Origin: Cenarchaeum sp.
GTDB lineage: Archaea > Thermoproteota > Nitrososphaeria > Nitrososphaerales > Nitrosopumilaceae
Length of the DNA: 64,000 nucleotides
Assembly: GCA_965212015.1 (NCBI GenBank)
Contig: OZ243037.1
Coordinates: 1,568,001-1,632,000, forward strand
Direction of reading: 5' to 3'
Positions 20,311-29,100 of the stretch are shown here, piece by piece. The translations under genes and the position numbers were made by a program. The stretch's first letter is position 1. The number at the start of each line of letters is the position of its first letter. The notes under the pieces are model-generated. The model saw only the letters and a list, made by a program, of their open reading frames with translations. It did no database searches and was not told the DNA's origin.

Positions 20311-21617
20311 GCGTCCTGGGCGCACCTGAACCCGGCAAACATCCATCTCTCATCCAGCCTGAAAAAGTTCCTATAGCTTCCCCTGATTGACATTGCCGGG
20401 GTTCCAAACGAGCCGCCCCTTAGGACCTTCTGGCCTGTAAACCACTTGTCGTTGTACTCATCAAAGCCGGTCTTGAACTTTGGATATCCGGCAAACTCTG
20501 AGGACGTCCACTCCCACACGTCTCCGATCATCTGGTGGCACCCGCTCGGGCTCCTTCCCTCCGGATACGAGCCTGCCGGGGTGCACCCCCACTGGTATGA
20601 CTCTAAAAGGTTGGCAGTGCCGGCGTCTGGCATTTTGTCGCCCCACGGAAACAAGAGCTTTCTCTGCTTTTGCTCGCTCCACAGCGCGGCCTTTTCCCAC
20701 TCTGCCTCAGAAGGCAGCCTCCTTTCGGCCCACTTGCAGTATGCGCTGGCCTCGTAAAAGCTCACGTGGCACACCGGATCCTCCGGACTGATCCTCCTTT
20801 TTCCTGCAAAATCGGCCACAAACCACCGCCCGTCGGCCTTTTCCCAGTACATCGGCGACTCCCACAGGTTTTCCTTGAGCTTTTCCCATCCGTCGGCAAG
20901 CCAGAACTTGTAGTCGCCGTATCCGCCGTCGTCCATGAACTCCATGTACTGCCCGTTGGTGACTGGCAGCGAGTCTATCTTGTAGTCGTCAAGATACACC
21001 CTGTGTTCGGGCAGCTCAATGTCGTAGCAAAACCCGTCGCCGCCGTATCCCGCATGGTACAATCCGCCCCCGATTGCGATCTGGCGGTTTTTCACGTGTG
21101 GCTGTGCGGGCCGCCGGTTTTTTCTTGCGGGGGCATACCTGTCGCCGAGCATGTGCTGTAAATCATACACGAGCAGCTCCTGGTGCTGGCATTCGTGGTG
21201 GAACCCCGTCGTGATTAGCTTGTATTCGCGCGCGCCAATCCGGCGGGTCCCGATAAAATCCCTTACGCGCCTGTTGACTGCATCAAAGTATTCAAAGACC
21301 TGCTCTAGCGTGGGCCTGGACACCGTTCCCCTGCTTGCCTTGTCCTTTGGCACCCCGAACTGCTGATAGTACGAGTTGAGGTATTCTGAAAACTCTTTGG
21401 AGTAAAATTCGTAATCCCCGTCAATCTTGTACAGTATGGCCTCGTATATCCAGCTTACGTGGCCCAGGTGCCACTTTGGCGGGCTTGTGTACGATTCTGT
21501 CTGCGCCATAAAGTCGTCCTTTTCCAGGGTCCTTACCAGCTCGAGTGTCCTGTCTCGGGTGCACTCGAACTGTTCTAGGAGCGGTTTTTTTAGCTCCTGT
21601 CCCGGAATAACAATCAC
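20307..21617 (-). CDS. egtB: Ergothioneine biosynthesis sulfoxide synthase
   Basis: SPPKWHLGH, HHECQHQE, FGE-sulfatase domain (RLPSEAEWEKAA, GDVWEWT, YRNFF); start estimated so it does not overlap proS. Confidence 0.9.
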   Translation of the reverse strand: MIVIPGQELKKPLLEQFECTRDRTLELVRTLEKDDFMAQTESYTSPPKWHLGHVSWIYEAILYKIDGDYEFYSKEFSEYLNSYYQQFGVPKDKASRGTVSRPTLEQVFEYFDAVNRRVRDFIGTRRIGAREYKLITTGFHHECQHQELLVYDLQHMLGDRYAPARKNRRPAQPHVKNRQIAIGGGLYHAGYGGDGFCYDIELPEHRVYLDDYKIDSLPVTNGQYMEFMDDGGYGDYKFWLADGWEKLKENLWESPMYWEKADGRWFVADFAGKRRISPEDPVCHVSFYEASAYCKWAERRLPSEAEWEKAALWSEQKQRKLLFPWGDKMPDAGTANLLESYQWGCTPAGSYPEGRSPSGCHQMIGDVWEWTSSEFAGYPKFKTGFDEYNDKWFTGQKVLRGGSFGTPAMSIRGSYRNFFRLDERWMFAGFRCAQDA

Positions 21618-21657
21618 AGGCCATTTCCCGCATGCGGCATTATTATGTCTGTGGTGC

Positions 21658-23097
21658 CTAGTATCCCCTGGCAAACAGGGGTGCTGACTCTGAGGGCTTT
21701 TTGCAGACGATGCACGTGCCGGACCCTGCTCCGGAGGGTATGACCCTGATGTCGGCCCCTGTATCGCCCTTGATCTTTTCCTCGCAGCCTGAATCCCCGC
21801 ACCAGCCGGCCCTGACGAATCCGCCCTTTTTGAGCTCATTTACAAAGTCGGGGTACTGCTCGGCGTCTTTGGTATTCGCATCCAGGATCTTTTTTGCCGC
21901 GGCTAGCATCTTTTTTTGTATCGAGTCTAGCAGGCCTGATATGTGGGAATCTAGGCCATCAAACGAATGGCTTGACTTTTCCCTGTTGAACCTGGTCGCA
22001 ATGACGGTCTTTTTGTCTTGTATGTCCCTCGGGCCGATCTCGATTCTTATCGGCACGCCCCTTAGCTCCCAGTCGTGAAATTTAAAGCCCGGGGTCAGCT
22101 CCTGTCTTGAGTCCATGTGCGTCCTGATGCCGGATTCCAGCAGCTGCTCTTTTATCCTGCCTGCCTCGGACATTACTGCCTTTTTGTCGTCCATGGAATA
22201 GTAGATTGGAATTATGACGACCTGGACTGGGGCCACCTTTGGCGGCAGGACAAGCCCGCTGTCGTCTCCGTGCACCATGATCATGGCGCCTATCAGCCTC
22301 CACGAGACGCCCCACGACGTCTGCCATGAATGGTGCTCTATGTTTTTCTTGTCTACAAACTTTATCCCAAACGGCCTTGAAAAGTTCTGCCCGAGAAAGT
22401 GCGAGGTTCCCATCTGCAGCGCCTTTCCGTCTGGCATCATCGATTCCATGGTGCTGGTGTATACGGCCCCCACGAACTTTTCACTCTCGCTTTTCTTGCC
22501 GGTGATCACGGGGATTGCCAGCTCTTCTTCTACTGTCTTTTGGTATACCTTTAGAATCTCCTCTGTCTCGGCCCTGGCCTCCACCTCGTCTGCGTGGACC
22601 GTGTGGCCCTCCTGCCACAAAAACTCCGATGTCCTAAGAAACGGCTTTGTGCCCTTGATCTCCGCCCGCAGGGCGGTGTTCCAAAAATTGATCCGCAGCG
22701 GAAGATCACGCCAGCTTTTTATCCATTTTGCGTACAGCGAATAGGCCAGAGTCTCCGAAGTCGGCCTCAGGGCCAGCCTTTCGCCCATCTCGCCGTCGCC
22801 AGAATGCGTCACCCAGAACACCTCCGGATTAAACCCCGCAAAATGCTCCTTCTCCTTGCTCAAAAGGGATTCGGGAATCAGCACGGGCAGAAATCCGTTT
22901 CTGACGCCGCGCCTGGAAAACTTTTCATCAAGCGATCTTTTCAGCGACTCCCATATGGAATAGCCGTCGGGCCTCAGGACGATGAGTCCCTTGACTGGGG
23001 CATAGTCGGCAAGCTCTGCCTTGATGACTAGCTGCGTGTACCATTCGCTAAAATCATCCTTTTTTGATACGGTAATCCCAATGTCTTCCTTGCCCAA
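21658..23097 (-). CDS. proS: Prolyl-tRNA synthetase (archaeal type)
   Basis: FSEWY, LRPTSE, FLRTSEFLWQEGHT, QTSWGVS, C-terminal FARGY. Confidence 0.97.
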   Translation of the reverse strand: MGKEDIGITVSKKDDFSEWYTQLVIKAELADYAPVKGLIVLRPDGYSIWESLKRSLDEKFSRRGVRNGFLPVLIPESLLSKEKEHFAGFNPEVFWVTHSGDGEMGERLALRPTSETLAYSLYAKWIKSWRDLPLRINFWNTALRAEIKGTKPFLRTSEFLWQEGHTVHADEVEARAETEEILKVYQKTVEEELAIPVITGKKSESEKFVGAVYTSTMESMMPDGKALQMGTSHFLGQNFSRPFGIKFVDKKNIEHHSWQTSWGVSWRLIGAMIMVHGDDSGLVLPPKVAPVQVVIIPIYYSMDDKKAVMSEAGRIKEQLLESGIRTHMDSRQELTPGFKFHDWELRGVPIRIEIGPRDIQDKKTVIATRFNREKSSHSFDGLDSHISGLLDSIQKKMLAAAKKILDANTKDAEQYPDFVNELKKGGFVRAGWCGDSGCEEKIKGDTGADIRVIPSGAGSGTCIVCKKPSESAPLFARGY

Positions 23098-23250
23098 GCC
23101 GATTCTCGGTGGGAATTTTCATTAATGAGCTTTTTGATTGATCCCGCGCTGCCGGGGTTGCCCGGTGTTTTTTTGTATAATGCGTCCTGTCGAAATTCGC
23201 GCGATTCCGCAGGCTAACCTTAAAATAATTAGCTGCCAGTTGCCAAGTAA

Positions 23251-23940
23251 TTGCTTGCAATTTTTGATGTTGAGGGAGTTTTATTTGACGCAGAATACCT
23301 TCCGATCCTGGCAGAAAAACTGCACAAGGAAGACAGGATATGGGAGATTACAAAAAAAGGAATCCAGGGCGCGATAAACTGGGAGGAGGGACTCAAAACC
23401 AGAGTCGAGGAGCTAAGGGGCCTTGGGTACGATACGTGCAAAAGGGTGGCCGACGACCTGCCGATAATGACCGGCGCAAGGGAGGCGTGCGGGGCCCTCA
23501 AGGACGCCGGATGGAGGATCATGGCAGTATCTGGCGGCTTTACCATAATGACTGACAGGCTAAAGGAGGAACTTGGCCTTGATTACGTGTATTCCAATGA
23601 GCTGCTCTTCCGGGACGGAAGGCTCGACGGGGTGCAGATCAATGTGGATTCGGACAAGGCAAAGTCGGCGATAATGAAAATCCGCGAATGGGGCCAGAAA
23701 AAAGACGAGATCGTAGTAATTGTCGACGGGGCCAACGACATAAAGCTCTTTGACATATGCGGGCTGGGAATCGCCTTTAGGGCGCAAGACAAGGTCAAGG
23801 ATCTCGCCGACGTGACGCTGGACGAAAAGGATCTCTCAAAGATACTTGGAATAATCAACAAGCACTACGGCGTGGCCCTCGGGGCCCCGGCAAAGCTATC
23901 GGAACCCAGGCGCGAATTCTCGAATCCAAACATGCGCTAG
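23251..23940 (+). CDS. serB: Phosphoserine phosphatase (HAD family)
   Basis: FDVEGVL, VSGGF, DGAND motifs. Confidence 0.88.
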   Translation: MLAIFDVEGVLFDAEYLPILAEKLHKEDRIWEITKKGIQGAINWEEGLKTRVEELRGLGYDTCKRVADDLPIMTGAREACGALKDAGWRIMAVSGGFTIMTDRLKEELGLDYVYSNELLFRDGRLDGVQINVDSDKAKSAIMKIREWGQKKDEIVVIVDGANDIKLFDICGLGIAFRAQDKVKDLADVTLDEKDLSKILGIINKHYGVALGAPAKLSEPRREFSNPNMR

Positions 23941-24099
23941 AATGGTCCGGGTTGTACAGTCGGCAGTTTTGTAGATCCGGCGGGATATTTGTGGGAACCG
24001 GCCGGGGCTATGTGGGATGCGCAGCATCCGGCGCGCGCCATAATACGGGTGGAATCTGCCGGCGTAACTGATATTTCCTACCATATGGTACCACCAGTG

Positions 24100-24831
24100 A
24101 TGTCCCTTGAGATAATCCCGGTCCGAATATCGCGCGAAATAATCCAGGATGAGAAACTCGAGGATTTGATAAAATCCAAGGTAAAGCTGTGTGACGGCGA
24201 CATTGTAGTCGTTTCGCAAAAGATCATCTCCAAGCAGGAGGGCAGGATAATGAGGCTCTCGCTGGTCATTCCGTCCCTGCTGTCAGTCGGCATCGCGTCT
24301 GAATACCGCAAGGATCCAAGACTAGTCGAGGTGATACTCTCCGAGTCCAAGAGAATCGTCAGGATGCAAAACGGGGTGATCATAGTTGAGACAAACGGGG
24401 GGTTTGTCTGCGCCAATGCAGGCGTGGACCAGAGCAACCTTGATGACGATCTGGTGGCGCTGCTTCCGGAGGATCCCGACGCGTCTGCTGCGAGGCTGCG
24501 CGGCGCGATTCTAGAAAAGACCGGCAGGCAGGTGGCCGTGATAATATCGGACACCTTTGGCAGGCCGTTTAGGATGGGGCAGACTGACTGCGCGATAGGC
24601 GTCTCTGGAATCGACTCCATACTGGACTATGCGGGAACAACAGACACGTTTGGCAACACGCTGCGCGTCACTGCAATCGCCGTATCCGACGAGATGTGCG
24701 GTGCGGCAGAACTGGTCTGCAACAAGGCGACTAACACGCCGATAGCCGTGATTAGAAACTACAAGTTTTCTGCAGGCACCGGCAGCGCAAGGGACCTGCT
24801 GCGCCCCAAGGCCGTGGACTTGTTTCGATAA
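24100..24831 (+). CDS. cofE: Coenzyme F420-0:L-glutamate ligase
   Basis: KIISKQEG, CANAGVDQSN, LLPEDPD.SA, DTFGRPFR. Confidence 0.93.
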   Translation: MSLEIIPVRISREIIQDEKLEDLIKSKVKLCDGDIVVVSQKIISKQEGRIMRLSLVIPSLLSVGIASEYRKDPRLVEVILSESKRIVRMQNGVIIVETNGGFVCANAGVDQSNLDDDLVALLPEDPDASAARLRGAILEKTGRQVAVIISDTFGRPFRMGQTDCAIGVSGIDSILDYAGTTDTFGNTLRVTAIAVSDEMCGAAELVCNKATNTPIAVIRNYKFSAGTGSARDLLRPKAVDLFR

Positions 24832-25005
24832 GCCCGGGACGCCGCCGGATGCAAAAGGTGCGAGTGCCCTCGGCGCCGGACTTTTGCACGGCTGCAACAA
24901 TGTGCGCGGCTGGACGGATCGCATCCCCGAGTCCGAATTCCAAACCTGTTTCTGTACTGCCATAGCAATGCTTTTAATCTCAAATATTTTCCCTAGAGCG
25001 ATCCA

Positions 25006-26892
25006 ATGTCCACAAGGCACGCACCGCTTGTAAATTTTTCCCTGCGCCGGGAGATCTTTTTCGTCACTGCGGGATCCATAGCCGGCGGCATCGTGATGCA
25101 TCTTGTGATATTCGCCCTGGATCTTTTGGGAAGCGCCTCGTATCTTACGACCCTGCTTGTGGCCGCACGCGTGGTAGGCTCGCCTGTCCCAGTGGCGGGG
25201 CTGTTGCTGCACCTGTTCGTCTCGACTGTAATCGGAATCGTAACGGGAATATTCCTGCACAGGATGATAAAGTTCAACATATCCAAGATTGCCAGGGGGC
25301 TTGCCTATGGCGTAACTGCGGGAATAGTGGTGTTTGTCGTGTTTGCAATCCCCGTATACAACATACTGCTGGTACCCAACCTTGCACAGGTGCTAATGGA
25401 GTTTGATCCGCAAATGACATTCGGCGAGATCTCTGATGACATCAACGACGGCCTGCCCGTCACTCTGCTGTATTCGTTTTTGTACCATATAATATGGGGG
25501 CTGACCCTCGGCGCGACTAGCTCGCTGCTGACAAGAAGGGCCGGCGCCAACTATCGGTGCCACATATGCGACATCGAGTTCTCAAGGATTCGCACCTATG
25601 AGAGGCACCAGACGGTCCACCAGGATCCCCCGCCTGCAATGAAAAAGATTCTCATCCTGGGAGGGGGATACGCAGGCGTCAATGTACTCAACAAAATCCA
25701 AAAGAGCTTTGAAGGCGACATAAGCGTGGATATCCGGCTGGTCAGCGAGTCGAATTTTTTCCTGCATACGCCGATGCTGCCTGAGATGGCCACCGGCACG
25801 ATCGAGCCGCGCCACATAGCGACTCCGATCAGAAAGTTCTGCAAGCGCGCAAAGTTCCATCAGGCAAGGGCGGTGGGCATAGACCTAGAGTCAAGGCAGG
25901 TGACAATACAGAGGGACTCTGACGGAACCCGCAAAAACCTCCGGTATGACTATCTGGTCCTGGCAATGGGGGGCAGGACCAATTTCTTTGGAAACAAGAA
26001 CATTGAGGAGCACGCCATGACGATAAAGACCCTCGATGACGCCATACGCCTCAGAAACCACGTCATAAGCGCGCTGGAGGACGCAGATCAGGAGACGGAT
26101 CCCGCCATACAGTCGAGGCTAGTCACGTTTGTTATAGTGGGCGGCGGCTTTTCGGGAGTCGAGACGGCAGGCGAGCTAAACGACTTTATCAGAGAGTCAG
26201 TCGAAAAGTTCTACCGCAACATAGACCCCGATATGGTAAAGGTGGTCCTGGTGGCATCGGGAGAAAAGATCCTGCCGGAGATCGGAAGTCTCGGCGGATA
26301 TGCCAAAAGATCGCTGCAAAAAGCAGGCGTTACGATTCTTGTCAATACGAGGCTGGCAGACGCGTCGCCTGCCGGGGCGGTGCTAAGCGGCGGCGATGAA
26401 ATCCCCTGCGGCACGCTGGTCTGGGCCGGCGGCGTGGCAGTGGATGCCGTCATAGAAAAGCTGGACACAGAGCACCACAAGGGCGGCAGGATAATGGTAG
26501 ACGAGCACCTCCGGCTGAAAAACCACGGCGAGGTCTATGCCCTGGGCGACTGCGCCCTAGTCACCGATCCCAGGTCCGGCAAGCCGTATCCGCCCACCGC
26601 GCAGCATGCAATCCGGCAGGCAGGTACGGTGTCAGAAAACCTGATCAGCGCAGTCTGCGGCAGGCCGGTGCAGTCGTCGTTCGTGTATGACGCCAAGGGC
26701 TCGATGGCAAAGATTGGCAAAAAGGACGGCGTCGCGCTTTTAATGGGCCACGAGTTCAGCGGGTTTTTCGCGTGGTTTGTCTGGAAGCAGTACTATCTCT
26801 CCACGCTGCCCACGAACGAAAAGAAGATCCGGGTGGGGCTGGACTGGTTTGTAGACTTGTTCTTTCCCAAGGACATCACGCGGCTGTCCTAG
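25006..26892 (+). CDS. Type II NADH:quinone oxidoreductase-like flavoprotein with N-terminal membrane domain and C2H2 zinc finger
   Basis: ILGGGYAG, VGGGFSGVE.AGE, YALGD, PPTAQHA; ~180-aa hydrophobic N-terminus then CHIC-x12-HQTVH. Confidence 0.85.
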   Translation: MSTRHAPLVNFSLRREIFFVTAGSIAGGIVMHLVIFALDLLGSASYLTTLLVAARVVGSPVPVAGLLLHLFVSTVIGIVTGIFLHRMIKFNISKIARGLAYGVTAGIVVFVVFAIPVYNILLVPNLAQVLMEFDPQMTFGEISDDINDGLPVTLLYSFLYHIIWGLTLGATSSLLTRRAGANYRCHICDIEFSRIRTYERHQTVHQDPPPAMKKILILGGGYAGVNVLNKIQKSFEGDISVDIRLVSESNFFLHTPMLPEMATGTIEPRHIATPIRKFCKRAKFHQARAVGIDLESRQVTIQRDSDGTRKNLRYDYLVLAMGGRTNFFGNKNIEEHAMTIKTLDDAIRLRNHVISALEDADQETDPAIQSRLVTFVIVGGGFSGVETAGELNDFIRESVEKFYRNIDPDMVKVVLVASGEKILPEIGSLGGYAKRSLQKAGVTILVNTRLADASPAGAVLSGGDEIPCGTLVWAGGVAVDAVIEKLDTEHHKGGRIMVDEHLRLKNHGEVYALGDCALVTDPRSGKPYPPTAQHAIRQAGTVSENLISAVCGRPVQSSFVYDAKGSMAKIGKKDGVALLMGHEFSGFFAWFVWKQYYLSTLPTNEKKIRVGLDWFVDLFFPKDITRLS

Positions 26893-26936
26893 AACGGTAT
26901 GGTGTGAGACGGCGTGTTTTTTGGAATGCAAAGACA

Positions 26937-27012
26937 TGCTCCCGCCGGGATTTGAACCCGGGATCACTGCCTTGAGAGGGCAGTATGCTTAGCCGGACTA
27001 CACCACAGGAGC
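26937..27012 (-). tRNA. tRNA-Glu(CTC)
   Basis: Reverse complement GCTCCTGTGGTGTAGTCCGGCTAAGCATACTGCC-CTCTCAA-GGCAGTGATCCCGGGTTCAAATCCCGGCGGGAGCA. Confidence 0.94.
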
Positions 27013-27050
27013 TCGTAAAAATCCAGCGATCATAGCAATTTAAAGCTAGG

Positions 27051-27620
27051 TTAATCCCCGGCGTTTTTTTTCACAAACTTTGCCAGTCCCAGCTTGCGGA
27101 GACTCTCTGACTCTTTTAGCACGGAATCGTACTGCCTGAACTTGTGGTCTTTTAGTTCCCTTTTCAGGGACGAATCCCCGTTTGCCAGGATCTTGATTGC
27201 ATATATGCCGGCATTGGCAGCCTTGTTGACCCCGACGCTTACCACGGGGGAGCCGGTGGGCATCTCTGAGATTGACAGCAGCGAATCAAGCCCGCCAAAC
27301 GCCGAAAACCGTAGCTTCTCTGATCCGCCGTGCCTGTCGTTGTATACCAGTATGGGGACCCCGATTACCGGAATCGTGGTGTGCGATGCGATCATGCCCG
27401 GCAGGTGTGCCGCACCGCCTGCCCCCGCGATGATTACCTTGAATTTGTTTTTTTCTGCGTGCTTTGCATACTCTTCTAGCCTGGTAGGCGTCCTGTGTGC
27501 CGAGACGATTTGATCCTCGTGGCCCACCCCGAACTCGTCTAGGATGGCCGCCGCCCCGTGCATGATCCTGCTATCCGAGCTGGACCCCATGATGATGCCT
27601 ATCTGCGTCTTGTCATCCAT
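27051..27620 (-). CDS. purE: N5-carboxyaminoimidazole ribonucleotide mutase
   Basis: IIMGSSSD, VSAHRTP, AGAGGAAHLPG, PVIGVP. Confidence 0.95.
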   Translation of the reverse strand: MDDKTQIGIIMGSSSDSRIMHGAAAILDEFGVGHEDQIVSAHRTPTRLEEYAKHAEKNKFKVIIAGAGGAAHLPGMIASHTTIPVIGVPILVYNDRHGGSEKLRFSAFGGLDSLLSISEMPTGSPVVSVGVNKAANAGIYAIKILANGDSSLKRELKDHKFRQYDSVLKESESLRKLGLAKFVKKNAGD

Positions 27621-27763
27621 GCCAGTTCTAATCCGCCCCGTGTTATTATCTATAGCTAAACTGCAGCGGGCCTCCATCCGCACGGCTGGTCTTAAGATTT
27701 TAAATTCAATGGTAAAAATTAGTGCGTTTGGGAGTTTATAGAAAAAGGCCGCGACGGCATACC

Positions 27764-28633
27764 GTGGACATCCCGGGACTGCTTGAGAAATATTCGTTGG
27801 CCGATTTTCCCGCGGGACTGGGCGGGTGCCGCAACGACGGCGAGCCCCATGCATGCTGCGAGTATGACGTGTCCGTGTTTGACGAAAAAGACGAGCAGGA
27901 TACGATAGTTGAATTCCGCGGCGAGACGGCGGTGATTCACCACTGTTCGCTGGGCGAGACGCGCTCTGATGTACTGGTGCAGCTTTTGGGAATCGACATA
28001 ATCCAAGACGAGCAGTGGGAGCTACGAATGATGCTGTCTCGAATCCGCGAGAAAAGAGACGCGCTGTACCGGGACTATATGAAAAACTGCCTGATTGACT
28101 CTCTTTTTTGCATTACAAAATCGCGCGAGGGCCTGAGGACGTCGGACCTGTTTGCCCCGTGCTGGATAAAGTGCGCCGCGTTTTACCTTGCCGACGCAAT
28201 TTTGCTGTACCATGCAATCCGGCCCAGCCCCGCGCATTCCCTGCAGGGCCTGCGGACGCTGGGGGGCAGGATAGGCCAAAAGTTTTCGGCCGTAAATGAG
28301 TGCATCGGAATAGAGAGATCCACCCCGGTGCTGCTAGAGCGCATGTCAAAGTCCACGATCGGATTCTCCGACATGGTGGAGGGCGGCGGCCGCTCTGGGA
28401 TAATCCGGGCCAAAGGCGACTATTTCATGAAAAACTCGCTGTTTGCGGACTGGTACTTTTACCTCGGATGCGTCAACCGGAACAACCTGGTGGGGATAAA
28501 GCGCGATCTTGCAAAGAGGCCAGAGCTCATCCACGTCCTCAAGACCGCATTTGACATCGAAAGCGACAGGCAGGCGGTGCTGAGGCAGGCCGACGTGCTG
28601 TTTGGGGCCGCCCACGAGATTCTCGCACTCTGA
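27764..28633 (+). CDS. Hypothetical protein, possibly a degenerate nucleotidyltransferase fold
   Basis: Long open ORF; GLGGCR..CEYDV resembles the GS..DxD motif. Confidence 0.65.
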   Translation: MDIPGLLEKYSLADFPAGLGGCRNDGEPHACCEYDVSVFDEKDEQDTIVEFRGETAVIHHCSLGETRSDVLVQLLGIDIIQDEQWELRMMLSRIREKRDALYRDYMKNCLIDSLFCITKSREGLRTSDLFAPCWIKCAAFYLADAILLYHAIRPSPAHSLQGLRTLGGRIGQKFSAVNECIGIERSTPVLLERMSKSTIGFSDMVEGGGRSGIIRAKGDYFMKNSLFADWYFYLGCVNRNNLVGIKRDLAKRPELIHVLKTAFDIESDRQAVLRQADVLFGAAHEILAL

Positions 28634-28687
28634 GCGCCGGATCTGCTATTCTAAACCTTTAAAATCTAGGGCGAGATCCACATTATT

Positions 28688-28822
28688 ATGTCAGATGCAG
28701 CATGCGGATGTGCAGCACAGGCCGAAAACGGCACAGAATGTGACTGTACTATGCAAGGTGAGTGCTATTGTGACGCTACTTGTGATTGTAAACTGGATCT
28801 TTGCAAAAACGCAGAACACTAG
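28688..28822 (+). CDS. Metallothionein-like Cys-rich peptide (44 aa; not in the ORF track)
   Basis: MSDAACGCAAQAENGTECDCTMQGECYCDATCDCKLDLCKNAEH; TTTAAAA box ~25-30 nt upstream; T-rich tract downstream. Confidence 0.8.
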   Translation: MSDAACGCAAQAENGTECDCTMQGECYCDATCDCKLDLCKNAEH

Positions 28823-28850
28823 CTACTTTATCTCTTATTTTTTTATCAGG

Positions 28851-29033
28851 TCAGTCTTCCTCTTCATCCTCTAGTCCCCACGACTTTACCAGCTCCTTTC
28901 GGAACACGTCTGACTGCTTGTCATTTAGACTGACGCCGCAGTTTTTGTGCGTGGGAACCACGATCAATCCCTTTAGCTTGAATTCCACTTCAAAAAGGTG
29001 GATCTTTGGGCAGTCGCACATATCTGAGTTCAA
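28851..29033 (-). CDS. Small putative metal-binding protein
   Basis: CDCPKIH..HKNC motifs and an acidic tail. Confidence 0.65.
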   Translation of the reverse strand: MNSDMCDCPKIHLFEVEFKLKGLIVVPTHKNCGVSLNDKQSDVFRKELVKSWGLEDEEED

Positions 29034-29100
29034 AACAACACCTCCTCTATATTTGCCTTTGAATAAACTTTAACTAGGGATTGCCTGAATCCCATACCGT

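Noticed and set aside
20307-21839. 510-aa EgtB with a long N-terminal extension, or a selenoneine synthase
   Set aside because: The extension overlaps the proS 3' end in another frame, and there is no selenosugar synthase or selenophosphate synthetase nearby.
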